DNA of 63,775 nucleotides, filler included, from Collodictyon triciliatum (GCA_043381765.1; 17 parts of 17 records of this genome joined end to end with filler, not necessarily neighbours in it), one strand, 5' to 3'; positions 1 to 16,264 are shown, counted from the first letter of the whole stretch. Translations and numbers: made by a program. The notes: generated by a model from the sequence alone, not told the origin.

Positions 1-54
<54 letters not shown>

Positions 55-1230
55 GGGGAGGAGGAGGAGGAAAGCAAAAGGGAAAGCAATTGCAAACGCA
101 AAAGAAGGAAAGGAAAGGAAAGGAAAGGAAAGGAAAGGAAAGGAAAGGAAAGGAAAGGAAAGGAAAGGGGCAAAAATCTCACAAAAAGGTATCGTGGCTT
201 TGATTATGGTATAGTTGCAAACGACAATAGGAAATATTTTGGACTATCGGAGGAGAAGAAGGAATGCCTGTTCAAGGTGAGTTAACCATAGACTTACAAG
301 GCCCCAAAAATGAAGAGCAGCGAAGCAATAGCAAGGAATGTCCACATCATCGCGTCCTCTGCTTACTCTGTTTGGCTACCTTTCTGTTAGTGGTGGCCAG
401 ACCTGTTGCTTAAAAAACAAAACAAAACAAAACAAAACAGGAAAAGAAAAGAAAATGAAATAGAAAAGAAGAGGACCTAAGACAAACATCCGTCAAAGAA
501 CGGAGTGCATTGTAAAACTAAAGGATATACTTTGCGAAGCTCTGTGTTTTCAATACGTTGCTCAAGCATATTGGTACAAGGATAAGAATTCAAGAAGAAA
601 GGGGAGTGCAAAAGCCTTGGGTTTGTGATTTTTCGGCCGAATGATCGCTTGCTTTGGCTGCGCACAAGACCGATTCAACGAGGCGCGAATGGGGTGACGA
701 AAAGAATAGCGAACATCTGTTCGTCATCCTTGTTCAGCGAATGTGTTCAGCGCTCTGAATCTAATGCGGAATTTTGGTGCTCTTTTCGGCTGCTTTTCTC
801 GCACTCTCGGAAAAGGGCATCAAAATCGTGGTGGCAGATCTCGGCCTTCTGTGCCCTATACCCCAGACACACCCAAAGAANNNNNNNNNNNNNNNNNNNN
901 NNNNNNNNNNNNNNNNNNNNNNNNNNNNNNNNNNNNNNNNNNNNNNNNNNNNNNNNNNNNNNNNNNNNNNNNNNNNNNNNNNNNNNNNNNNNNNNNNNNN
1001 NNNNNNNNNNNNNNNNNNNNNNNNNNNNNNNNNNNNNNNNNNNNNNNNNNNNNNNNNNNNNNNNNNNNNNNNNNTAGGAAGGAGAATTCAAATAAAATAA
1101 AAAAGAAGAAAAAGAGAAGAAAAGAGGGTCAGCAGCAGAGCCGATCATTCAATGAAGACAAGCATTATCAACTAATGCATCAGCACAAAGCAAACACACA
1201 GACGAACGCTTATTATTCACCAGGAAAAGC

Positions 1231-2541
1231 ATGAACCCAGCATCCGACGACCAAGATATCGAATGTGCCATATGCAAGGAAAATTTTAACGACCCGATCG
1301 TTCTTCCATGCGGGCATAGTTTCTGCTCTGGATGCCTTTACCCAAGCGTAACGCATTGCCCTTCGTGCCGCTCTGTCATTCCACCCACCCACAGAAGTGT
1401 CAAGAACTACTCTCTCAACAACGCACTTGACCTCATCAGAAAAATCATGTCGAGCAAGCAGAACCAGGAAACCACAATCCAAAATGTATCGAGGCTCACG
1501 CTTCAGGTATCTGCTTTAGAGGCCAGTGTGAAGGACAAGGCAATCGCCCTCTCTGAGAAAGATAAGGAGCTGCTTGATTTGAAAGGCCATCTCTCTTCTG
1601 CAAAAGCAACCGTTGGTCAGCTCCAACTTGAACTTGGGCGAACAAAGGAGGATGCCTTGTTTCGCATCAACAAATTGGAAGCAAATATTCATACCGTGGA
1701 GAAGAACAATCAGTCCCTCCAGCGTAAAATTCAAAACTTAAATGATGAGATTGAAAATATCACTATGCTTCTGGATGAAAAGAAGGAAGAGCTTCAGACT
1801 TTTGCTCGTAAATCTGCCAAAGAAGCTTCCGCACTACAATCTAGCCTCAAAACGACAAACAATGAACTTGACCGAACAAGCAAAGAAAATCTTAGTCTTA
1901 CAAAGACAATCCATTCCCTGCGAGATGACCTCTCGAAAGAGCGAGTGAGAGTTACCGAAATCATGCAAGAGCGTGACAGAGACATCAGCAAGCTGAAAAA
2001 AAAGGTCGAGGATACCAGACAAGAGGCTGAAGATAAACTAAATCGCGAGTTTGAAAGGCGCAAGGAAACTGAGACTGAACTCAGCCAGTTACGGCAACAA
2101 GCCAGGCAAAGCAGCTTACAGTATGAAGCTGATTTTAGATCTCTTTCTAATCAACTCCTTGAAAATTCTCGAGTAATCGACAACAAAACCGCGGAGAATG
2201 GAATACTCAAGGATGAATTAAAGGCTTTAAACAATACAAACGGGGTCTACTTGCAACAAAAAAAAATACTGGCCTCCAAGATCTTATCATATAAGAACCG
2301 CCTTTCCGAGGTCAGTGCCACGTCTGAATCACTCTCTCGAGACCTCAATATAGCCGAGCGCCAGATTGCCATGCAAGGAGTCCAGTTGCAGGACAAAGAC
2401 AAGCTTATTACTTTCTATAAGTATTTAGAGTTGGAAAACGTCCAAAACAAAAAAAGTGCCCATCTTTATCAAGATATTGCTTCTATTTTTCTGTTTTTTC
2501 TGTTAGTTGTCACAATGGAAAGTTTTTTCTATAATGAATGA
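1231..2541 (+). CDS. C3HC4 RING finger + long coiled-coil protein with C-terminal hydrophobic helix (putative membrane-anchored E3 ligase)
   Basis: Intronless 436-aa ORF; CAICKENFNDPIVLPCGHSFCSGC...CPSCR RING-HC pattern; E/K/L/Q-rich coiled coil; C-terminal IASIFLFFLLVVTM. Confidence 0.85.
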   Translation: MNPASDDQDIECAICKENFNDPIVLPCGHSFCSGCLYPSVTHCPSCRSVIPPTHRSVKNYSLNNALDLIRKIMSSKQNQETTIQNVSRLTLQVSALEASVKDKAIALSEKDKELLDLKGHLSSAKATVGQLQLELGRTKEDALFRINKLEANIHTVEKNNQSLQRKIQNLNDEIENITMLLDEKKEELQTFARKSAKEASALQSSLKTTNNELDRTSKENLSLTKTIHSLRDDLSKERVRVTEIMQERDRDISKLKKKVEDTRQEAEDKLNREFERRKETETELSQLRQQARQSSLQYEADFRSLSNQLLENSRVIDNKTAENGILKDELKALNNTNGVYLQQKKILASKILSYKNRLSEVSATSESLSRDLNIAERQIAMQGVQLQDKDKLITFYKYLELENVQNKKSAHLYQDIASIFLFFLLVVTMESFFYNE

Positions 2542-3035
2542 TATAAGCTGAGATTTTTGCCTCGGTCGTGAAATGCACTTTCCGTAGGAAAACTTTCTCT
2601 GCAATAAATTTGGCACACACAATTGCACAATAATTCAATATCAAATATTCTACTATTCCGTCGCGAACAATAATCCTAGCGAATGTGCTCTTGTAACTTG
2701 GATTAGACCTTCATTTAGGTGTTGACACTGCCGCTTAGTTTGTCGAAAGTGGCGTTTGGATTCTTTTTTTCTTTGAAAAATTGTATGTATCATGGATACC
2801 GAGTCACAATTTGTTTTTCCTTTATTCGATTCAAAGATCGAGCTGCAAACTTGATCCTGGTTTCTGTTTATTCATTTCTGAGATGACCAAAAAGACTTGT
2901 ATGTGATTTATGGTATTAAAGAAAACAAAAATATAGATGTAAAGCATTGGTTATTTTTAGGAAGAAGGAGAAAAAAAAAAAAGAAAATAGTGGTTTTAGA
3001 GGGGGAAAGCATGAATACCCCTAAATCTTGGTTTA

Positions 3036-3075
3036 ACCATCCTGCACAAAATTGAAAGGAAGAATAAAAAAAAAT
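3036..3075 (+). mobile_element. Ultra-short 5'-truncated LINE 3' end (family A) with poly(A) and 16-bp TSD
   Basis: ACCATCCTGCACAAAATTGAAAGGAAGAATA(n) recurs at ~22327, ~23386 and ~47707; flanked by CCTAAATCTTGG(T/C)TTA at 3020-3035 and 3076-3091. Confidence 0.8.
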
Positions 3076-3088
3076 CCTAAATCTTGGC

Positions 3089-3579
3089 TTATTTCCAGTA
3101 AGTGTCGTTCCCAAAGCAGCCCCTTAAAAGAGGATTATCCAAAACACATCTCTCATATTCAATGTACTCTATGCGCTGGTCATTATTCGTGTCCATCTTT
3201 CCAAGCACATAATCGAGTAATGATATAACTTCGCTGTCTTTCATTTCTGGCTGCAGAAAACAGCGACTTGATTAATATCTTTTTTAAAAAAATAAAAAAA
3301 AAAGTAACAAGCGCTTGTTCAAATCATGGGGTATGAAATTATTTACGAAATATAACATTAGCTCCCTTACCATAGCACTTTCGACAACTTTACGAAGAAG
3401 GATTAGAGCTTCTCTACGAGATATGTGGCCATCGCCGTTCAAGTCGTACTTTGAGAATTGTTCTATGATAGCAATTATCGATACTCAATTCATATATATA
3501 TATATATATATCGAGGTAGTTAAAATGCTTTATAAGCTAACATACCCTTAATTTGCTTCTTAATCGCTTCGTCTTCCAT
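3089..3579 (-). CDS. Small two-EF-hand calcium-binding protein, 3 exons
   Basis: Manual splice with GT-AG introns: MEDEAIKKQIK|EQFSKYDLNGDGHISRREALILLRKVVESAM|PEMKDSEVISLLDYVLGKMDTNNDQRIEYIEYERCVLDNPLLRGCFGNDTYWK*; two canonical EF loops. Confidence 0.85.
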
Positions 3580-3832
3580 TTTAGCTTGTTTTTGTACTGA
3601 TTTCAGGGATTTTAATTCTTTTTTTGGTCCTCTCTTGTCTTAAGGTAATATTGTTTGGTTATTTGTGTTTTTATTTGTGTGTTTTTATTTGTGTGTTTTT
3701 ATTTGTGTGTTTTTATTTGTGTGTTTTTATTTGTGTGTTTTTATTTGTGTGTTTTTATTTGTGTGTTTTTATTTGTGTGTTTTTATTTNNNNNNNNNNNN
3801 NNNNNNNNNNNNNNNNNNNNNNNNNNNNNNNN

Positions 3833-3844
3833 TTAATTAATTAA
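3833..3844. other. Artificial contig spacer TTAATTAATTAA inside N runs (first of 16, repeating every ~3.88 kb up to 62121)
   Basis: Identical 12-mer with stops in all six frames, always embedded in Ns, at 3833, 7720, 11606, 15492, 19378, 23264, 27147, 31051, 34936, 38821, 42705, 46589, 50473, 54358, 58240, 62121. Confidence 0.97.
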
Positions 3845-4195
3845 NNNNNNNNNNNNNNNNNNNNNNNNNNNNNNNNNNNNNNNNNNNNAAAAGAAAAGAA
3901 AAAAGAAAAGAAAAAAGAAAAGAAAAAAGAAAAAAGAAAAAAGAAAAAAGAAAAAAGAAAAAAGAAAAAAGAAAAAAGAAAAAAGAAAAAAGAAAAGAAA
4001 TAAGAAAAGAAAGAGAAGAGTCTTTTAGTAGGGTTGTCTCTAAGAATGAGGAGTGGGGCAAGAAAGTGGAACCATGACAAAGGACAAGAGCCACGGTCAA
4101 CCACCGCCCTTGCGGCTCATTGGAAGTTGATGTCTTTACCAAATATCTATACCTGGAAAATACAATCTAAAAGTTGAGGCGCAGATCTTTACAAA

Positions 4196-4590
4196 CGTGG
4201 CTTTGATTCGCTGGTCATTGTTTGCGTGGACGCTACTTGGTGGCCGGGTGGTGGTGAGGTAGTCGGTAATCAGGAATTGCATCCTGCGATTTGGCCTGTA
4301 GCCTGGGTCTTGTGCTTGCATGAGAGATACAAGGCGAGGATTAATGCCCTTCTCAGCTTCTTTCCACATGTCTCTTGTCACAGGGTCGGAGTAGTAGAGA
4401 ACGTGCAGGTGGCGGAGGAAGCTGTTGAGGAAAGGGATTTGTATGATGTCATCCAGCCTGTTATAAGGAATGGGTGGCTGGTTGTTGAGTCTTGCTTAGC
4501 GTGAGTATATGCGCGCTATCCACATAGTCCATAGCAAATGGCCTCGCGTCACTGCCCAGAATGATTTTGCAACTGGACGCAGTTGTTGAA
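4196..4590 (-). mobile_element. L1/Tx1-like LINE ORF2 C-terminal remnant (family A)
   Basis: Translates FWAVTRGHLLWTMWIARIYSR*...RRMQFLITDYLTTTRPPSSVHAN with an internal stop; W-x-x-W-x-x-R pattern typical of L1-clade ORF2 C-termini; nucleotide similarity to copies at 23321, 25270 and 47590. Confidence 0.65.
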
Positions 4591-4841
4591 GATTTATAGA
4601 ATTCATTAGAAGTTTCCTATTCGTAATTATAATACTAATGGCCTTACATCGTGATAAATTACCATCTTCCAAATATTGCGTATTAAGTCCCATTTCAAAT
4701 CATTTCACAGTCATCTTACACCACTTTTTGTATCCACATATATCACCGAAAAATATATGCATTTTCATGAAGAAAAAAAAGCTTTAAAAGCTAGAAATTA
4801 CATGTTAACCAAATGGTAGAATGAGGATGATTATCCGGAAT

Positions 4842-7676
<2,835 letters not shown>

Positions 7677-7774
7677 NNNNNNNNNNNNNNNNNNNNNNNN
7701 NNNNNNNNNNNNNNNNNNNTTAATTAATTAANNNNNNNNNNNNNNNNNNNNNNNNNNNNNNNNNNNNNNNNNNN

Positions 7775-9767
7775 NTATTATTATTGTGGAAACCTTGCGT
7801 CCATAGCTGGACAAATCTCTTCCGTAGGCTCATGAGCGTGTGGAGACCTGCCACGATGACCGCGCCCACTCCAACAAAACGGGTCTCTTTTGACCAGAGC
7901 TCGAAGGCATAATCCTGGGCACTCTCATCATTTCTGTCACCTTCTCCTGTGCATTTGGTTTAATTCGTTTTACATGAACCGAGGAGCGTTAGATTATTTA
8001 AATCTTAATGACTCAAGCTCTTTCCTATGTGCAAGTGAGATGGAATTCACAAATTCTAATTGCTCTTCAAATCCATCGTAGTGCAAGCACACACATAAAT
8101 ATAATACCTTTAATAGACGCGTAAATAGGAAGAATGAACCACCAATTCAATAAGCCACCAGCAAAGAATATCAGACAATTTTGTATTCCGATGATAAATC
8201 CAACCCCACTCAGTGCCTTTTATATGTAGTGGAATGGCAAGCATATGAGTGGCAACAGAATATCATATGCGTATGCTACTTCAGAATATTTTCAAAGAAT
8301 CAATTTCCAGATAAATTTAATTACATAAAAGCTAGAGTTGATAATATGTTCAACTCACTGGGGAGCAATTAAGACCCATGAACACTACAGACGAGCCAAT
8401 GAAAGAAGCTGCTTGTGTGACGGACTTCCAAAGTCTTGAATTTTTTGTAAAAATGACAGAAATTCAAAAAAAAATAGAACGCTCGGTGTACTTTCTATTT
8501 GAAATAAAAGTAAAATAGAGTAATCAATATTTATCAAAAAAAAAAAACCTTAAGCCATCACTCATGAATTTAAACATTCCCCCAACAACTCCTCCCCATA
8601 AAACCGGCTTCAAACTACCTGACTGTGTTCTCTGTGTCCCAGATGGGTTATAAATATATGCAATTATTTGATAGTTGGCGTGAAGGTAATATGTGGCATA
8701 GGATAGTATCAGTAGGGCCCATATACAATTAAAAATTAAAACGTATTCGTCTTATATCAACCTGTCCGGCTTTTAAAAGCTCTGCTATGGCAACTCCCTC
8801 AGGAAAAAGCAGATTTTGTTCGACAATAAATACGCGCCGGAGTGGATTAGAGACGAGGACCTTATTAAACCGCAAAATAAATTTATTCATAACAGGAAGA
8901 GTACGCTGTAACAATGAAATCTGCATAGAAGAGAAAAACAAACATAAAAATGCGCTATGAGATTGATAGACCGGTAGAATATAGAATTAAATTTCGCATG
9001 TTTACCCCAATAAATCCGCCCAAGGCAGCCACGGCGGTGGTCTCCCATATATCCAACTTCGATATATATCTGTATCAACAACAATTTACTATTGGATATC
9101 ATAATGCATATGAGCTAGTGACAATCATGTTTCAAAAAAAATGCGTATAAATGTAAAAGGAATACCCGTTGATAATCAACGCCGGCATTGTATAGATCAT
9201 CCCCGACATAATGCTAGTTCCTATTCGTAAGTTATAAGTGAGAACACAAACTGCGTTAACATCTGACAGTTGACACAGCAGGTATGAATAGAAACGCTAC
9301 CAACAGCAGCGCCCGTTTGTGCAATATTCATCTCAAGTATGCTTCGAGATGGAAAAAGCCCAATTACCCCCTTTTTTTTCGAAAAATACTCAATTAAGCT
9401 ACTCTGATGGATAAAATAAAATAATAAACTTCACGATTTGAACACTCGTGGTAATAGCAAAAAAAAAAAAACTTTCATATGGCGGATTATGAATAACAAA
9501 TATCAAACCCACCATCGCAATAACAGATGCTGGTATAGATGCCGTGATGGTGACACCAGCCAGAAGGCCTAGGTAAGCGTTTGCACTACCAAGCACGACT
9601 GACAAAACCATGGAGAATAACACTGCGCGCATCGTCAGCTCAGGCGGTGCCTCATCTGTTGATATGTAGCTTGCGTTTCCGCGAATTTGTATCTAGAGAT
9701 TTCAATTTAGATGTGTTATATATCGTTAGACACGTTTGCAGAGAGCAGTAGATACTTTTGGAACCAT
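7775..9767 (-). CDS. OPT-family oligopeptide/metal-chelate transporter, multi-exon, 3' end lost in gap
   Basis: PELTMRAVLFSMVLSVVLGSANAYLGLLAGVTITASIPASVIAM, EMNIAQTGAAVG, GMIYTMPAL, PLRRVFIVEQNLLFPEGVAIAELLKAG, TRFVGVGAVIVAG are hallmark OPT motifs (ELT.RA, YLGLxxG, NIxQT, FPEG). Confidence 0.9.
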
Positions 9768-11931
9768 GTTAAGACAGAGGCACTGATGTTTGTGAATTGG
9801 CTTGGAACTGATTTGGATGATATTTTGCAAAATACATTTAAAATAATATAATAAGAGGATGACGAAATATTCTTACAAGCTTTGTAGTTTCAATTGGTGG
9901 ACAGTCAAGACGGCTATGTTATTTCAGAAAAAAAACATTGGATGTTTGATTCCGCCAGATATTTATACTTGTATTATAACCGGTGATAGGGTTTTTCCAG
10001 AAATGAAGTAATGAAAAGATATAGAAAGTAACATAAGTAATATAAGTGTATTTTGCTTTGTTTACAGGATGGCATGTTGCGGAATGAAACTATTCTGAAA
10101 TTCTTATTTTTATTCTTATTTTTATTCTTATTTTTATTCTTATTTTTATTCTTATTTTTATTCTTATTTTTATTCTTATTTTTATTCTTATTTTTATTCT
10201 TATTTTTATTCTTATTTTTATTCATATTTTTATTCATATTTTTATTCATATTTTTATTCATATTTTTATTCATATTTTTATTCATATTTTTATTCGATCG
10301 CCAAGGAGAAAAAAAAAGGAACAGGAAAAGGGAGTATCACCTATAACCGAGCGAAGGCGAGTAATTCGAGGGAAAGTGTTCACGTTGTGTTGTGCCTGTC
10401 CCTTGCAAGGCAAACGAAGTCCTTCCTGGATTCAAGTTCAGCACGCTTGGAAGGCTTCGATCGATCGGATGACTCCCGCCAGACGAACTCATGGAAGGAC
10501 GCTTCGAATCATCGACCATCCTTAGCAGCCGCTGAGCAAAAGCAAGGCGAGAGAGAGAGAGTCGCGATGAAATGGAATGAGCAAATAAAATATATAAAAA
10601 GAGAATTAAAAAGAAAAAAAGACGAAATAACTAGAATGCGTTCGTGTTCTTTGAGAATGGCGCGCATGTAAACAACTGAACGCAACATAAAGAAAAACAG
10701 AAAAATAATAGTAAAAGGGTACGAGAGATCGCGATGAAACAAACATACTTCCGGAGAGTTTCAAAAGAAAAGGAAAGGCAAAAATAAGCATTCTTTGGCG
10801 AATATAAAAGACATATATAACGCGTCCAAGGAAACAAGGCGCTCGGCCGATGGTCGGATCCGATCGGGCTTGTTATCTTATTGTCACAACTTTTGCGAGT
10901 TTTTTGGTGAATAGAGACGGGGATGAAACGCAACATTCGCAACATTGAGCGGTGATTGGAAGCAAGCGTTATATGTTTGATTGGGCAGCGACAAAGAGAG
11001 TGCTGATTGTGTCAGATCAAAATGATAGGAGCATTTCACTTATGGGTGCCCAGGCGAGAATACAATAAGGGGCTTTGGTATACGTGATGATGTCGACTGA
11101 TCATATGTGTTTTCTTTAAATGTATAATTTCCATGAATATCAACGTGTGAACTAAACGGAAAGAGTCCCAATGTGGGTGATGTGTGGTGGTGTTTGGAGA
11201 AACATGATTTGTCTGTGGTCTATATATATACTTTAATTGTATATACTTCTTAATTTCGGTACTATAATAAGCATCCAAATGAATTTAAGTTTCATATAGT
11301 CAATAATAATTAAATTCCATAAATATATAAATCAAGGGCAGAAGAGATGCACACTTATATCTTTGACCTGATTTTTGCTGACTAGGCTTCATCTGATCTC
11401 TGTGATCCGCTTCTCGTGTCAGAGCGGAGGATGGCACAATGGATGGGGCAGACTGGTTTCCCTTTCATTGGATCAAATACATCAATCAACTTGCGCCCAA
11501 TACACAAAAAACAATAAAACAATAAAACAATAAAACAATAAAACAATAAAACAATAAAACANNNNNNNNNNNNNNNNNNNNNNNNNNNNNNNNNNNNNNN
11601 NNNNNTTAATTAATTAANNNNNNNNNNNNNNNNNNNNNNNNNNNNNNNNNNNNNNNNNNNNTATTGTGTTGTTATATTGTGTTGTTATATTGTGTTGTTA
11701 TATTGTGTTGTTATATTGTGTTGTTATATTGTGTTGTTATATTGTGTTGTTATATTGTGTTGTTATATTGTGTTGTTATATTGTGTTGTTATATTGTGTT
11801 GTTATATTGTGTTGTTATATTGTGTTGTTATATTGTGTTGTTATATTATGTTATTATATTGTGAGTTTTGTGTGTGTGTGTGTGTGTGTGTCGGATGCCT
11901 TTTGTTTTCTTTTTTCTCTTTAATTTACAAG

Positions 11932-14900
11932 ATTCCAGCTCAGCTACCTGTGGAGCACAAAACACATCAGGAACTTGTTGCTGAAGTCTCTAGGTTAAGG
12001 GGCATGGCGAAAGGTATTGATAGAATGGTATTTCATATTTCCTTATCTTCCAGTGCATTTTAAGTAAATCATAGTAAAAAAGACAATTTGTCGACCAACC
12101 CGCCTTGAATCAAAAGTCTCATTCCTCATATCTTTAAAGGATTATGCAGTTTGCATTTTAAGACTCATAGGATTTCTTATTGTAGCATATTTGTCAAAAA
12201 ATCAAGTAGCACTTGCGTCAGAGGTGTGTCTATTCTTAAATATTATTGAAAATACCATAGAAATCTACGTTGTGTCATTTCAATGGTTTATTTTCCGAAC
12301 AATATCAATTCTGACTTTGCTATATAATACACTTGAGTGTACTATATAGTATTGTAGTTTATGTTTTTTGGTTGAAATTTAACCTGCTTTTAATAATAAA
12401 AAAGCAGAAAAAGAAACCAAAACAAAAGGATTTTGACATGGCAAAATACTCCATCAGGCATGTGGCCCTAAAAATTGCATACATAGGAGAAAACTATCAC
12501 GGTTTTGCCATACAAGACACAACAGAAACAACTGTGGAGGTTATTAAATATTTTATTTTGTTTCTTAGTTTTCCTATTATAGATATAATTGTGTGGGGAA
12601 ACTTTAATTATGAAATTGTTTCGGAATTAAGAATAATTGTTGGGTGGATGTGTCCCTTGAGCTTCTCCATATGTGCTCGGCATGAATTTAGTATTTCATT
12701 ATTTCCTCATGTTTACCAAAAATGTAAGTATGTTCATACAGGGTCAATTATTCATCGCTCTTAAGAAAGTCTGCCTAATCTTGGACCGTGAATCATGCAA
12801 TTATTCGCGATGTGGTCGAACAGATAAGGGAGTCAGTGCTTTGTCCCAAGTAGTTTCTCTATATTTGCGGTCAAATTGCTCAACTGGGCTCGGAATGATT
12901 CGATCTGTCCAAAAAGAACCTTCGAAAGGTCTATACTTTAACTATCTTATGTAAATAAACTATTTCGAATATCTTCATTATTATTATCATTATTATTATC
13001 ATTATTATTATCATTATTATTATCATTATTATTATCATTATTATTATCATTATTATTATCATTATTATTATCATTATTATCGTAATTTAATTGTAATTTA
13101 ATTGTAATTTTTCTTTTTCTCTTTCTTTCATATTCGTTTTCAATCATTGTTTTGTTTTTGTTTGTGCACAGGCATGTCTCTTATTCTCAAATGTCGTATT
13201 TGTATAGCTCTACTGGTCTTCTGTTTATTGGATTTCATAATATTATCACTCTTCAAGTCTGGATATTTTAATTACATAAAACCTCTATAGAAGAGAGCGA
13301 AATTGACTATGTCAACATGCTAAATCGAGTCTTGCCCCAGGATATACGTATTTTGGGATGGACTCCCATCCCTCTTCATTTTGATGCGAGGTAGGAATGT
13401 ATGAATTTACTCTCTTACGAATGTATGATATGTTGAATATGATTATCCATAATGTAGATTTAGCTGTCTGCATCGACTTTACAGATATTACTTCTTCAAA
13501 GATAACCTAGATATCGAAGTATTATAAATTCTATTGTTTATTATATAATTGGGAGGAATATCCAAACCAATGAATAGTTTGTCCCTATAATCGTTAACAC
13601 CTAATAAATGAATAAATAAAAATGGTTACAGAAAATGATTCAAGCCAGCAAATATTTCCTCGGGGAGCATGACTATCGAAACTTTTGTAAGATGGATTAC
13701 ATGAACGTTTCGAATTTCGTTCGGAGGGTTTTATCGGTCGACATTGTGCAATGCGAAGAAAAGTCAGTCAATAACTCCCATGTTTTGAAAGACAAAGCTT
13801 TGTGAACATCTATAATAATGCGATGATTTTTTTCCCTCTTATACGTCTCAATGGTATTTTATTTTTATTTTTATTTTTATTTTTATTTTTTTTTTGGAAA
13901 CTGATCTAATTGTATTTTTATTTGGGCTCGAATGTTATTGAGTACTTGATTGGGCTAATCTGTCCCGCTATTCGAACGGAAACTATTCCAATTCTATGTA
14001 GCTTAAATCCCGAGCAGCATATGTATTACTTTGAGGTAAGCGGCTTTGCGTTTCTTTGGCATCAAGTCAGGTGCATGATGGCTGTCTTGTTTGTCGTCGG
14101 CCAAGGATTGGAGGCTCCTGAGGTATTTATTGGACTTTCTCCTTTCCCATTATTACTTTCCCATACCATCTGCTGGTCTTTTAGTTTGGTTGTTTTTTTA
14201 TTCAATTTCAGTTTATCTCATTCTAATAAGAAATTCCCATAGATTTGAAAGTCACATAGTGTTGCATCAAAAACATATAAATGTCCTTTTTTTTTTTTTT
14301 CACTCCTATTTTCCCTCTTTTTCGTAGATAGTACGTGACCTTCTTGACCTTGGGAAATATCCTCGTAAGCCTCAATATGCCATCGCACCAGAAAAGCCTC
14401 TCATCCTCTATGACTGTGGTTTTGAAGGCCTCCAGTTCTCACATTCAAGAGGTAGGTATTTCCACCGTTAGGTAGACTGTATCTTGAAAAATGCCAATAT
14501 TCTCTATTTCATATATATACATCACATTAAATATCATTGCCTTTGGAATCTGAATTAACTTTTCTTTTTATTCATGAATACACTATGTTAATTTCATCAC
14601 CAATCGTATCTGGACATCAAAGAGTCCTTGGAACAATTATCCAGCATCGCGATGGAGCAAGTGAGGGAGAATTTGGTTCGAGCTAAGCTCCACTTTTCGA
14701 TCTGGCAGCACACTCAACTCTCTTACACGAAAGGCTCCAAAGGTTTGTGTTGATGCAGATGCCCTTCCCAGAAAGATTACTGAATTCACAACCTATTCTG
14801 TAAACATATTAAGAGGATAGCGCGGCTCTGTGGAAAGACATACCAAAGCCGGCTCTCTCGTTAAGTCACATTCCTTTTAACAGGAGAAAACAAGAAGGTG

Positions 14901-15150
14901 AGAACGGGGTAATATCCTTTCTCTCTTTCTTCATCTTAAATCCCTTATGTCCATTTCTTTCCTTTTTTTTTTCTTTTTCTCAATATATACCATTTGAAGT
15001 ATTTAACATATGTTTGTGTAAAAGGGGGGCAAATAATTCATGGAATTATAATTTAATCACTTAGAAACATACGAGGAAAGAATTCAATCGCTGCCGCCAA
15101 GCAAGCAAGAACAACTCAAAAGGCAGAAAGTTGATGCCAGTGATGAATAA
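11932..15150 (+). CDS. PUS3: tRNA pseudouridine(38/39) synthase, TruA family, multi-exon, 5' end uncertain
   Basis: RHVALKIAYIGENYHGFA, YSRCGRTDKGVSALSQVVSL (catalytic D), MLNRVLPQDIRILGW, FDARFSCLHRLYRYYF, GEHDYRNFCKMD, AFLWHQVRCMMAVLF, RKPQYAIA..PLILYDC. Confidence 0.93.
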
Positions 15151-16264
15151 AGAGGGCGCCCCAAAAAAAGAGAAAGAAATAAGGAACGAACGAAAGGGAA
15201 AAATAAACAGGCCAATAATTCTGGTTATCTCATCATCGATTGTTTTATTGCTGGGTTTATTCCCCTCTCCTCTGCTTATTTTCCTTGGTCTTGATTGCTT
15301 TTCTTTTTGTTTGCTTCATAGCAGATTCACCTGGGAGAAATATGTTAGATTTCAGGAATTATCTGGTGCAGTTTTAATCAATTATATATTATAAAACTCT
15401 GTTTTTTTTTTTTTCCCTCTTTTTTGGCTTGTTTTTTTACAAAAAAANNNNNNNNNNNNNNNNNNNNNNNNNNNNNNNNNNNNNNNNNNNNTTAATTAAT
15501 TAANNNNNNNNNNNNNNNNNNNNNNNNNNNNNNNNNNNNNNNNNNNNTTAGCGCGTGGGCCACTACTCAACAAATTCAGAGGACATTTTATTTTATGGCA
15601 GAATCGCCTGAATCTTACAGCGATTGGACGGACTCCCTTCAAACATTATTGGTTTTCGATTTAATTGAAGCATGAAAAAAAATATTTTAAATTTAAATTA
15701 CAAAGCACTCCAATATTTTGACTGCTTGGGAAACTTTAAATTACATAATTAAAATTGTTCATTTAGCAGGAAAACTGGCAGGTGCAGTCTCTGAGTGCGA
15801 ACTCCGCCATTTTCTTCACAGAAGTTCCACTGGCTGCTGACAAATTAGATTCTCACCCAGAAAGCTCATCTCTTGAACAACCCCCTCAGGAGCAAAATTC
15901 AGATGTATGATAAAAAAAATTTTGAGTTTTGTTATTTTCTCATATGCTCAATCTTTTTCTTTTTGGGTCATGTATCAAACTAGTTACTCGATGTTAGTGT
16001 TGATTTTTAAATAGCTTTTATTTTTAAAATTAAAATGCGTACCCAGAACGCCAACTGGAGGGCATCCAAAACGCCTTTTGAACACATCAAAACCCCCTTG
16101 GCCATCGACTTTATAACACCTGAGGGAGCAGTTTTGAGGTTCAACACAATAACCAAGGAGCTGACATCCTCCGACAGCTGAGACTTACCGCCGCACTGCG
16201 CAGACATCTCTCAATGTTCAATTAATCTCGTCGAGTCAGTCTCACCCACCCTCATAAAGCCAAA

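Noticed and set aside
190-880. Exon-like fragments on the minus strand, including a hydrophobic segment near 300-350
   Set aside because: Could not build a phase-consistent gene model or recognise a family
3833-3844. TTAATTAATTAA as a periodic biological motif or PacI-like site
   Set aside because: Always embedded in N runs; a six-frame stop linker added during assembly
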